This document shows positions 37,442-49,990 of a stretch of DNA of 60,000 nt, in pieces. Position 1 is the stretch's first letter; each line of letters opens with the position of its first letter. A program made the translations under genes and the position numbers. This DNA is from Callorhinchus milii (Eukaryota), in assembly GCF_018977255.1 (NCBI RefSeq), contig NW_024704742.1, positions 118,918,001 to 118,978,000 on the forward strand. The letters are read 5' to 3'. Below the pieces are notes generated by a model. That model worked only from the letters and a program-made list of their open reading frames with translations, was not told where the DNA came from and searched no databases.

Positions 37442-38924
37442 ATAATAATCCTTGCATTCAATACTTTGTCAAGTTTTCTCAAAGCACATCACAGGATTCA
37501 CTGTAAAGTGGAGTGATTATGTATTTGGTGGGCAACATTTGAATAAATTCCAGTGTCTATTGTGTCGCTACAACTGTGCTACTCTTTCTACAAAAACATT
37601 TCCTGAAGAAAACCCAGCACTAGATGATGAGAAACAAAGTGACATATGTCAGATTTTCCCACAGCACATATTTCCTTGCTGAGTAACAACAAGATTACAT
37701 TTGTATAACGCCTTTCACATCTGGAGGACGTCCCAAGGCCCTGGACAGTGAAAACCCCCCATTTCAGTAAACTGGAAACACACAGCGTTTCCCCTTTAAC
37801 AAAATATTATAAGTGTAAATTTCAACTTGATCTGAAGATAACAATCTTTTCCACTTCCTAGTTTTCTTAGCTGCTACAATGTATTCTTAGCATCTCATAG
37901 ATGACATCATTTTGCTCTGTCCTCAATGCTGCAATGCACTAATATACTACTACATCGCTCTTCCATCTTCCATGAATTGCTCAAAGGCATTGGTAATATT
38001 TAAATTGTGCCTTGGATCTTGTTTCTGTTGGTAAGATTCCATCTTCCCTTATTTTCTCATTTTTTTTACTTTAATCAGACCTTCCTGTTGCTAAGTAACT
38101 GCTCCCTGTTCTCTGCTGCTCCAGATCTTGTTATTCGGAGGTGCACAGGATTAGCCCAGGATCTGCTTCCAATTTTCCCCTTTTCATGTAAGAAAATGCC
38201 TCACATCTGCAAGGACTAAAACCCAATAAACCTCTGTTGAATGGCACATCTTTTAGATAACTTATGTATGTGTGGAAAGTATTTTCTGTGCCCTGTCGTT
38301 CTTGCTTGATATAGCTAAATCTACTTTTAATCCACTGGATTAAATCTAAATGACAAATAAAATGGTATCATTGACTGTTTAAATATAATTGATCTTTTGA
38401 TGATGAGAATTTTTAGAGTTTACCTAGAGTTGTGACAACATGGGGGAGGAATGGTAACAACATATTATTTTATTAAAATTAAATTTATATGTTATTAATA
38501 TTCATATTAAAATCGAATATATGATTAAAGGAGTAATAATAATTATCATTATAACACATCACATTGAACCTCAGAAATGAAATGCTGCCCCCTTGTCAAT
38601 GTAAAAAGGACCTCAGTCCTTCCTCCCATACACCCTCAGGCAGTACTTTACCTGCACTGTAACCAGGCAGCTAAGGTACTCAGCAATGGGTAAAAACGTC
38701 TCTGCATGTAGCAGTGAATCACTGGTTTAATGTACAATGCCTATCCCTCCTTGCATGCATATGGAGTAGGCATCCCTTCCCACTGTGTAAACTAAATTTA
38801 TCATAGTTCAAGCATTTTTTTTTAATTTCAAGCATTCACGACTGTTTGGGAGACACTGCTATGCACAATTGCTTGCCGAGTTTCGCCCACAAAATACTCA
38901 GTCAATCCACTTTACAATATATTT

Positions 38925-39912
38925 ACTCTACATGGTCCCCCTTGGTGATGCCATCCACAGACGTGGGGTAAATTTCCACGTGTATGCGGATGACACCCAA
39001 CTCTACCTCTCTGCCTCCACCCTGAACTTCAGGACTACTGGCGTCCTGACCGACTGCCTGTCCAACATCAAGTCATGGACGAGGGACAACTTTCTCCAAC
39101 TCAATGTCAGCAAGACCGAGGCCCTCCTGATTGGCTCGCGCCAGCGCCTCCGTACCTCAGACGCTGACAGTATCAGCCTCCACGGCTGCACACTCAACCT
39201 TACTAAGCCAGTCAGGAACCTGGGTGTCTTGTTTGACCCTGAACTGTCCTTCCTTCCCCACATCCACGCCATGACCGGCACTGCCTACCACCACCTCCGC
39301 AATATTGCCAGACTCCGCCACTGCCTCACCCCTCAGACTGCCGAAACCCTCACCCACGCATTCGTCACCTCAAGGCTCGATTACGGGAACTCCCTCCTCA
39401 TCGGCCTTCCCAACTCTTCCCTTCACAAGCTGCAGATCATCCAAAACTCTGCAGCTCGTGTACTCTCACGCACCAGGCTCTGTGACCCCATCACTCCCAC
39501 CCTCACCCAACTCCACTGGCTCCCCATCCCCCAGACCTCTCTGACCTGCTGACTCCCTACCAACCTGCCCGCTCCCTCCATTCATCGGGCTCCGGCCTGC
39601 TCCATGTCTCCCACCCGAGCTGTCCTATCATTGGTGACCGGGCTTTTAGCCTCTCTGCTCCCACACTCTGGAACTCCATCCCACAGTCCCTTCGCCTCAC
39701 TTCCTCCCTTGCTTCCTTCAAGCCCAGACTCAAGACCCTTCTCTTCGACCGTGCCTTTGGTCTCCCTCCCACCTCTCTGCATTCCCTCACCCCTACACCA
39801 ACCCTCCCCCATGCTCGGGTCCCGACATCTGACTGTTCAGCGCTTTGGGAAGTCCTCCCGACGTGAAAGGCGCTCTATAAATGTAATTTGGTTGTGTTGT
39901 TGTTGTTGTTGT
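38925..39912 (+). mobile_element. L2 LINE 3' fragment including the RT YADD motif, inserted into a SINE
   Basis: ORF 38869..39552 contains FHVYADDTQLY. (TTG)n tail. SINE halves at about 38835-38922 and 39915-39985, with TATTT on both sides. Confidence 0.95.
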
Positions 39913-41094
39913 ATTTGCTGTGAAGCTCTTTGAGATGTTTTAACGACTTGATAAGGCGCTACATCAAATGCAAGGATTGTTACTAATTTATGTGGTATGC
40001 ATTAACAACTCGGTAAAAACGTGAAACATAGAAGCAACAAGCTTGCCAAACATGAGATGTCAGCAACATTATGCAACATAAGGACTAATGTAAGTTGTAA
40101 CAATTTATTTAAAAATCCATTGGATAACAATGTCGAACTTGATTATTCCTATTAACATTTTCAGGCTTTTATTGCCATAGTTCACATCACCTCCAAGTCA
40201 TTTGCATGCGTATGGAGTAGGCATCCCTTCCCACACATTGCCAGTTTGTAGCAGTGCATGACATTCATTAGGAAACAGCTGCAGGACTCAGTTTATCTCG
40301 TTTTTTTAAACAAAACAGTTCCGGTGATTTATTATATAATATTTTTCTGTTTGATTGTCTTTCATTATGCAATCCCTGTATTGGTATGTGTTCATTTCTG
40401 AGCAAAACACAGGGTGGATAGATTTTAAACCCATCACATACTGAGGTTAATAAATATGATGTTTCATAACAGTTTTATCAATTTTGTAAAATATGTTAAG
40501 AGGCATCACATGAATAAAACTGAAGGCACGTGTAGACTGCCAAACATCTCTCAATGCAATTTAGCACACCATGCTGATAGCGCCTGACATTAATGAAACA
40601 TCTGATGTTTTTTCTGTTGTGCTTTCATTTTGAGGGGATAAAACTTTCTCTTTCTCCCGGATCCTGACATCTGCAGGCCAAAGTAACATGAAATGCAGGT
40701 GCTACTTTTGCCCCTAGATCAGTTCCAATGCCCCTTTCAGCAGACACTTTGAAGTGAGCAATGATGGCCCTTGGACGTGAGTCTTCATAATGGCAGAAGC
40801 CAGGCTGACTGAGGGCTCAGCAGCATGAAGTATTTTCAGTCTTTGCTGCCATAGCATAAAACATGAATTAACACAATGATTTATATAAGTTGTATCAATT
40901 TTTAAAAAATAAATGGATACCAGTTAGTGCTACAGTACAGTATACTGAACACTGAACAAAGAATCTTAGCAATTTACAACACAAGAGGCCATTTAGCCAA
41001 TCAAGTCAATGCTGGTGCTCGCTGCTCTCCTCGAGATATCTACTCTAATTCCAATTCCTGTTCTTTCCCCATTCCCCTTCAAATCCTCGCACAC

Positions 41095-41492
41095 ACTCTG
41101 CTTCCCACACTAGTCTCCCCCATCCTCGCCCGGCTCCACTGCCTTTCCCTACTTATCTTTCCAATCTCTTGTAACCCTACACCCCTGATTACTCACTCTG
41201 CTCCACGAATTCTAATATGACTCATGCCTCCCTCCTGTTCCGCCCCAACATTAGGAGGCAAGCTTTCAGCCAGTTTACCCCCACCCTCTGGAAATCTCTT
41301 CTGAATTTCCACTCCTTCATCCCTCTATTTCTGCTTTCAAGTCCTGTCTAAAGACCTATCTCTTTGACTATGTCTTCGGTCCTACCCCTTCTTTCTCCCT
41401 CCAAGCTTGAGCTCCAATTCAGCCTTTGAAAAGCATTTTCAGACATTCTACCTACGTGAAAGCTGCTGTATAACTGCAATGCGTTGTTGTTA
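41095..41492 (+). mobile_element. Old L2 LINE fragment
   Basis: SPILARLH homology and an L2-type 3' tail. Confidence 0.6.
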
Positions 41493-43019
41493 TATTGTCT
41501 GTTTCACTTCAATGCATTCTCTTTTAAATCTTAAAATATCATTTGTATTACTGTAATGTTATTGGTAATTTTTTTTTGTTCATCTCAAAATATAGCGAAA
41601 ATCAAAAGCACTCAATAGTTTCTAACTTTGACTCATCCCAGTACGAATTATGATGTTGTTTTTAATTATTTACTCTTCGGAATACCTGTGACTTATATTA
41701 TTTGAATAGTTATTGCATTCTGGTGTTGACGTGACTTGTACAATGCTGCCCCCTATCAATGTAAAAAGGACCTCAGTCCTTCAGCCCATACACGCTCAGG
41801 CAATTCTATACCTGCACAATCCCAGTCAGTACTGTAACTCGGCTGCCAAAGTACTCAGCAATGGGTAAAAGCATCTCTGCCTGTGGCAGTGAATCACTAG
41901 TTTAATATACAATGTATATCCCACCTTCCATGCATATGGAGTAGGCCTTTCCAGAGAAAGGGTTAAAAGAGACATGAAGTAATGTTTCCATCAATTAAAT
42001 GATGCCAGGCTGATGATGAAAAATTAGGTCTTTCAGCATTTTTTTTGATAGCCGCTTTGTGACACTATAACATCTGCTAAACGTTTTCTTGTTCTGCCTG
42101 ATTCATCAATGTCTACATTTCACTCGAAGCAATAGCAATATTCAGAAAACCAAACCTCGGACAAATGTTTTACTTTATTTAAAACAGTTAGGATGAACCT
42201 ATTCGAAACAAGGATATATACAAAGCCAAGAAACTAGGTGTTATACCCATTTTCACTTCTTTGTTTCACAGTGGCTTGTGAAAGAGCAGGATGCCAAGTG
42301 GGCGAGTTGTACATTGGAGGCTGTGACAAGGAGACACACTGTATAACTGTAAACTGTATTGTATGGAAATGCAGAATACATTCTTAGTTCATGCAATTAC
42401 TGTTTGATTGATTGATTGATTGGTTGATCGATTGATCGATTGATCATTTCATATCGATATCTGATAACAACAAAACAACAATATCTGACCAGGTGTTGAC
42501 GTGACTTGTACAAGGATTAGAAGGGTGAGAAAGCAACTGAGCTGTTGTCTACCTGTTCAGTTACATTCTAAAGATCCCACCCTGATGAGCTAACCCCAAG
42601 GGTGCAGTAGATAATAACAATAATAATAATCCTTGAATTTGATATGTACTCTATCACAACATTGAAGTGCTTCACAGGATTTACTGCCATTGTGTATTTT
42701 GTGGGTGAACACACAGCCAATTTGTACTCAACAATGTCCCACAAAATATGATTCATTAGAAATTAAGTGATTGTTGTTATGTAGGGAAACACGGTAGCAG
42801 GTTCTGCTCCAGCAACATTCTCTAAACAACAATACTAATAATGCTTATATTTAGTGTAGAGACTTTCACATCATGAGGACATCCCAAAGCCCTTTACTAT
42901 ATTTACTGTAAAGTGCAGTGACTGTGTGTTTTGTATGTGAACATGGCAGCTAAATTGCACACAGTAATGTCCCACAAACTTCCATGAGTGACCAATTTCA
43001 TCCAGGGTTTGTTAGCCAG

Positions 43020-43800
43020 GACACAACAACTTGCACTTATATAGTGCCCTCCACGCAGGTCTCAGAGCGCTTAACAGTGGCGGAACCTGAGCCGGATGAG
43101 GGGTGCAGGGGGAGGTTGCCATAAACACCGTGGAAGAGGAAGGTTTGCAACTGGACTTGAAAAAGATGAGAGGGGGCAGGGTCGAGGGATTGAGGGAACG
43201 TGTTCCAGAGTTTCGGGGCATAGTGGCTGAAAGCGCGATGTCCGATGGTGGGGCAGAGGGTGCGAGGGAGAAGCAGGAGGCCAATGACAGTCAAGCGGAG
43301 GCGCCAGGTGGTGGATTGGGGAGTGAGGAGGTCAGAGAGGTAGGGGGGGTGCCAGGGACTGAATGGATTTGAACACGAGAGTGAGGATCTTGAAGTCGAT
43401 CCGTTTAGTGATGGGGAGCCAGTGGAGCCTGGCCAGAACTGGTGAACTGTGGGTATGGAGTTTGGTCCAGATCAGCACGCGGGTGGCAGAGTTCTGAATG
43501 AGCTGGATTTTTTAAATAGTGGAGCTGGTGAGACTGGTGAGGAGTGCGTTTGAGTAATCCAGGTGGGAGGTGACAAACGCATGCACGAGGGTTTCGGCTG
43601 TATTTGGGGTAAGGTACGATCAGAGGCAGGCAATGTGGCAGATTGGAGGAAGGCGAACCTGGTCAGAGACCGGATGTGGGGAAGAAGGACAGCTGGGGGT
43701 CAAAGCAGATACCTAGATTGCGCACTGGTTCGGTGAGTCTCAGGGAGAACCCAGGGAGGTTGAGGAGTTCAGATCCGCAGGAGTGAAGAAGTTGACGGGA
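43020..43800 (-). mobile_element. Diverged L2 LINE 3' fragment
   Basis: VRNLGICFDPQLSF homology and tail. Confidence 0.8.
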
Positions 43801-45037
43801 GCCTTTTTTATGAGGGTTTCTCATATTCTTGTCTTCTGATTTAATGCATTTGCCAAGTGCCTGGGCAGAGGTGATGTCATGCACTAAGTAGTGGAAACCT
43901 ATTAAATACCGTATTATAATTGCAACAGCACAATTACAACCACAATGTATATTGTTGAACCTGAATGATGAACAAATACAAACCATTGTATGTATCTTGT
44001 TTCTTCAGAGCACTCCAGCAGGCACATATTCCACTTTCATTTGTAGAGTGAGAAATACAGTCATGCTGGGCTTTTATTGCACATTTGGTGGCAAATTGCT
44101 GTTATGCTGTCAGAGACCCTCCAGCAAATATACAGAACTACCAGGGATTCAGGCAGCTTGAATCTTGGTTAGGGTCCGGGTGCACATGTGCGGAACAAAA
44201 TCTGAGGGAGGGTAGGGGGGGAGGCGAGAGGTTCCGGTCCAATGGAAAACAATGGGGAGACAGAAGTGAAGGCAGCATAAATCTGATTTGCTTTGTTATG
44301 CTTGAAGTGAAAGGACTTGATTGCTGGTGCTATACCTACAGAATAAGTGACATTCGTAGTGTCCTGAATCAGGCTGTGTACCATAAACTCCTCTAACAGA
44401 GCTATTGCTTCAATGACTCGTCTTCTTGATGTCTCATCCTGACACCATCGGGAGAACAGCAAGTCTCATGCTCGGGAAGCTGTTTCCAATCACTACGGAG
44501 GAACAACACTCCACAGCACCATGCTGTTCCTCTGTGGTTCCCTTCAGCTCCTCATAACTGTTTAGAGCTCTTTAAATATAATTGTAATAATATACAGCAG
44601 GGGATAGAAATGTAAAGCATTTTAATCTGCAAAAATAGTTTAAAATTATTCTACATTATTTATGATCTTTATTATTTTTAATGGATCACAATTCTGATCA
44701 AATTATTAAGTCGTACCTTAATACAGAACAAGGAGTATTCAGGGAGATATTTGGAAAGAGACATATTAAGAAACTACATCTGCCCCAGCACTACATTTAA
44801 GTCAGAAAAATGGCTGTCCAGTCAGCCATATATAACATTTAATAATTGTGCTGAAAATCCATCTTGATAACTGCAAATTTTAGTTTAAGTACGTAATTAA
44901 TATATCATTCCATTCACAAGCCACATTATTTTATTAAAGTTAGTCCCTCGTTATGAGTGCAAGGAATTCCAGATGTTCTTGATTTTTCGTTTAAGTTTAA
45001 GGTTCGTCATACAAATTTTTCAGTTCATAAACTCAAC

Positions 45038-45369
45038 ATAGCTGAGTGGCAGAGTAGAACTAAAGAATCCGCCTCGGTTCCTGCTTCTTTACTTTGTTTA
45101 CTCAGCAGTAAGTAGGAACCCGGCTGTCATTCGATTGGCGATCGCTTTTCCGGGTGTAATAATCCCTACAAAATAAACCCTTAAAAAAATTATAATAATT
45201 TGGTCACTCAATCCAAGACTGTTTGTGGGACTCTGCTGAGTGCAATTGGCTGCCACGTTTCGCCCACAAATATACAGTCAATTCACTTTACAGCATATTC
45301 TGTGAAGCGCTTTCATACATCTTGAAGACGTGATAAGGCGCTATATCAAATGCAAGGTTTATTATTATT
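45038..45369 (+). mobile_element. SINE variant with an internal segment
   Basis: TAGCTGAGTGG head remnant, AGTAAGTAGGAAC segment, core and tail. Confidence 0.8.
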
Positions 45370-45482
45370 TCCAGTAACCCCTACTGGAAAGCAAAGTGAA
45401 TGAATGTTGAGTGAAAACAGGATTAGTCTTGGCCAACCAGCTGGTCCCATTGGTTAAATAGCTGGTTGATATACGCGTGAGT

Positions 45483-45843
45483 AGTAATAATAATAATAAA
45501 CCTTGCATTTGACATAACGCCTTAACATTTGATTGAGACGTCTCAAAGTTCTTCACAGAATATATTGTAAAGTGGATTGACTGTGTATTTTGTGGGCGAA
45601 ACTCAGCAGCCAATTGTACACAACAATGTCCCACAATCATTGTGGATTGAGTGACCAATTAGTTTTTTTTTGGAGGGATTATTAGGCCAGAAAGTGATGT
45701 GCCAATCAACTAACAGAACATTGTAATCGACTAACTAAAGATGTGTGAAGTAAGGAGGTTCGCCTAAGGTTTCGCCCCCTCGGAAATCAAACCTGGATCT
45801 TGTTACTTGCGAAGCGAGGACACTAACCACTACACTACGGGAA
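45483..45843 (-). mobile_element. SINE (diverged head)
   Basis: Head GTAGTGTAGTGGTTAG, core and tail. Confidence 0.8.
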
Positions 45844-48193
45844 TGAACCCTTGGCTCAGATATAGAGGACTGGAACCATGGTACTCTAGTTCAGCATAAA
45901 TCATCTCTTTCAGCAGAGGAAATGAAAACTGGGTAAAAAAAAACTTTTATTTACTCGGTTTGACTTTAACAAACTGTGCATTTTATATTCAAAATGTACT
46001 GTTTCCACATATGGTTTTGTATCCTGTGTAACGCATATCATTGCCAGACTGAGTGGGTAGGTGGCTGACATGATTTCAGGCCTCAGATGAATACCTCTGG
46101 TAAGGTTAGCTCCCCCACAAGATCAGCTTTAGACATCCTGCTGTTTGAATGTAATTTTATTTTTGAATGCTAAATCTGCTTGAGATTGATTTTCTTTTAT
46201 CTAGGGGTTTGATAATTTTGTCATCTTGACTGTACTCCAACCACACAGCTCAGACCTGGAAGAAAATATTGGCACACACTATACACAGCTCTAGAAAAAG
46301 AAACACATCTGAACCTTTTACAAAAATAAAGATGGAATTTGAGGATCTTTTTCCTAGAGCCTCCCCTTCCCTCTCTTTTGAGGAATCACGCTCCATAGCT
46401 TGGGTAAGATATCGATGTTAATATGGCTCAATTGGCAGTAGTTATCATTTCTGGGGCAGAAGGCTGAGAGTGAGTGAGCGATTTGATGGAGAGATTTGAT
46501 GCTGGGAGAGAGAGAGAGAGAGAGAGCAATACAGATATGCTGGGAAAGATGACATGATGCAAATCGTCAGGTCAGAAAAACTATCAATGTAATGGAGACA
46601 AAGAGGCAAACACATCAAAAAGGGAGTGATGGGTTGAGATTGAAAGCAGAGTGGAGAGGTGAATTAGGATGTAGATGAATTCTGTCTCGAAGCAGTGGGA
46701 GCCTCTTGTGATAACAATGAATTATTGTTGTAACATAAAATAATCCATAATTTCACAGCCTAAAGATGTAGTATGCACTTTAAAATCTGTGTTTGTAAAA
46801 TAAGCTGTAAAACTGTTCCAAATAAAAACAGATCAGCATGCAGTATACTTGCACATTTTTCAGGATAACAGTTTAGTACAGAAGCATACCATTTTGTTAA
46901 TCACATTAAAGCACTAAGTAAGTGCTGAGGTGATTATTTAATCTAAATAGAGTGTTGGAGTGTACACAAAGCTTTCTCGTTGATTTCAAGTTTTAGGTCA
47001 AAACACAAAACCTGGATTTATAACGTGCCTGTCACCGACATACTATGTGGTGTGCAATCAATGATGGAGGGTTAGAAGTGAAGGATTTATGATGCCGCCC
47101 AGCAGAGCTGAGGGAACAGCATCTGGAAATTACACTTGTATTATCCAGGTTATTTGTTTGATCGGGTAAATAGAAATGGATATCCACAGCAGGTCAATCA
47201 ATATCTGAAAGAAAAATAGATTCATGTTTTCGGCATTGAACTTAATGAGAGATTTAGGGGGAAACAAAGCAGATGACACAGTTGGTGAGCAAAGAGTGGA
47301 TAAAGGGAATGAGAATGGAGTTGAGAAGAGTAGAAATTAGTTCACTGAACAAGCAAAGACAAGACTATTTGTGAATCTTGGCAAGAAGGGAGAAGCACAC
47401 TGTTTCGGATTGGTGGTTAATCAGATTGGAGCAATGGATTGAAGCACGGAACATTACTGGAGAGCATGATGAGGCAGATAATGGTCTGATATTCGACTGT
47501 GGATTTGTGCTTGGGGTGGGGGCAACAGGAAAGAGAATTGGAGAACTTCCACAGGATTTGGAAGGGCAGACCAGTCACTGGGGACAGGAATCATCCCACT
47601 CAATTCCCGCTAACCATGCAAGCCAAAGCCCCAACGCGTAGGGTGGTCTGAACTGAACAAGCAGTGGGAAAGCTTGCAAGACAGTGCTATCAATGAGAAG
47701 CTAAGCGGTTTTAGCCAGTTAGACTCCAGCTACCCCAACACAGTCTTTGGGGTCCCCAAGCCTTGGCTCTTGCCAACTTGTGCATAATATTTTCGGGAAT
47801 TAGATAAGCAGGATACATCCCTCAAGGGAGAAAGTGCGCATTCCATTACAACAATCTATCTCTGGGATTTCCATGTGTAGGTGCGATGCATGGAATTCTC
47901 AGTTTGATTTGGATACTCTTAAGCATGGTGATGGGTTTCCTCATGTCAGACGCCCGGCTGACCAAGCAAAAAGGCATTCCCTATATAGAAGTTCTTGCAT
48001 AAATGGTGTACTCCCAAACTCAATGTCCAGCAAAAATGACCACACTGACTAGATGGGTACAGATAAAGAAACTTTATAATAAAATGAATGTACTGTATTT
48101 AATGTATTTAAAAATAAACAATGCATAAATGAGGAAGAAACAAACATGATTATGGGAGAGGGGATTAGGAGTAGTGGCTCACGTGCAGTATAA

Positions 48194-48791
48194 CAACAAC
48201 AAGATTCCATTTATTGAGCGCCTTTCACGTCGGGAGGACGTCCCAAGGCGCTGTACAGTTGGGTCAGGACCCGAGCAGGGGGGAAAAGGTCAGGGTGAGG
48301 GGAGGGAAGGGAGGGAGCGAGGAGGGGGTAGAGAGTCGAGAGGGGAGCTGAAGGCACTGTCAAAGAGAAAGGTCTTGAGACCGGCCTTGAAGGAGGAAAG
48401 GGAGGAGGCGGCGAAGGCACTGGGGGATAGAGTTCCAGAGCCTCGGGGCTTAGAGGCTGAAGGCCCGGCCACTGATGGTAGGGCGGTTGGGGCGGGGGAT
48501 GTGGAGCCGACCGGAGCCAGAGGAACGGAGGGTACGGGCAGGTAAGTAGGGGGATAGTAGGTCGGAGAGGTAGGAGGGAGCAAGGCCGTGAATGGCCTTG
48601 TAGGTGAGGATGAGGATCTTGAATTCGATCCTCTGGGGGATGGGGAGCCAGTGGAGGCGAGCGAGGGTGGGTGTGATGTGGTCCCGAAGCCTGGTGCGGG
48701 ACAGTACACGAGCAGCAGAGTTCTGAATGACCTGCAGCTTGTGGAGGGAGGTGCCGGGAAGGCCGGCGAGGAGAGAGTTCCCATAGTCCAT
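48194..48791 (-). mobile_element. Young L2 LINE 3' fragment with a 7-bp target-site duplication, inserted in a CR1 tail
   Basis: ORF 48450..48791. AGTATAA at 48187-48193 and 48792-48798. Near-identical to the 14020 copy. Confidence 0.95.
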
Positions 48792-49672
48792 AGTATAAAT
48801 ACCGGGCTGGACTGGTCAAGCTGAATGGCCTATTTCTGTGGTGTAATGTTCTGTGTAATTCTATGTACTGTTTAGATAAAGTAATAAAACGTAAATTCCT
48901 GGTGACCAGGTACAGTATACCACAGGACTAACTAGATGTGGAGATTATCATTTAGTATTTGATAACTTCAATCTGCTTCAGTCTTAAATGTAACCATGGA
49001 TGTGAATACTTTTCTGACTTTCTCTGCTGCACCATCAATGAGATCAACCCTATACTGAGGCAGCTCGACTGAATCTCCAGATGACTACATTTTTATCCTG
49101 GTAAGAGATCTTGCTTATTGTTTCTTTCAAGTAATCTTGTACCAAGATTTCCTGTCGGAAGAATTAGTCAAGGATTCTTGAGTATATGGCCAAGACATCT
49201 GTTAAACAATACCTTAACTGTCCAAAGTAACTATCTCTGAGGCAGAAAGCAGGCTAACAGAAGAGTTATTTAGAAAAGAAATGGGGAGCTTCAAGGGTGG
49301 TTACAATTCTCTTGCATTGTGAACTGCTGGAGCCAATGAATTAAAATCAATGTTCAAGTTAACCAGTTAAACAGTCCGCATGTCTGTAGGGAAACTCTAT
49401 TGAAAGACGTCTACAGAAAGCCTAAAGTTTAAAAAACACACAGGAACATACACAAATATATATCAAACCCTATATAAATGAATAATAATCCTTGCATTTC
49501 ATACAGCGCTTTTCACATATTCTAAACGTCTCAAAGCGCTTCACAGAATAAACTGCAAAGTGAATTGACTGTATATTTGTGGGCAAAATCCTGCTGTATA
49601 ATAACTTAATAATCCGTAACTGAGGGCATAAATGAAGGTAATAATAATTCTTGTATTTGATATAGTACCTTA

Positions 49673-49990
49673 AAATAATAATAATCCTTGCATTTGATAT
49701 AGCGCTTTTCACGTCGGGAGGACGTCCCAAAGCGCTTCACAGAACACACTGTAAAGTGAATTGACTGTATATTTGTGGGCGAACGCGGCAGCCAATTGTG
49801 CACAGCAATGTCCCACAAACAGTCGTAGATTGAAAATGACCAATTTATTATTGTTTTTGGTTTTGGACGGATTATTATTAGGCATGTGGAGTAAGGAAAC
49901 TTGTCCAAGGTTTCGCCCTCTGCCTGGAATTCAACTCAGGTCTCTCGCTTGCAAAGCGAGTGCTCTAACCACTGAGCTACAGGACTCCAC
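49673..49990 (-). mobile_element. Full-length SINE
   Basis: Near-identical to the 9374 copy. Further SINE tails are stacked at 49480-49670. Confidence 0.92.

Noticed and set aside
42581..42615. CTGATGAG hammerhead-like core
   Set aside because: No GAAA box after a stem II.
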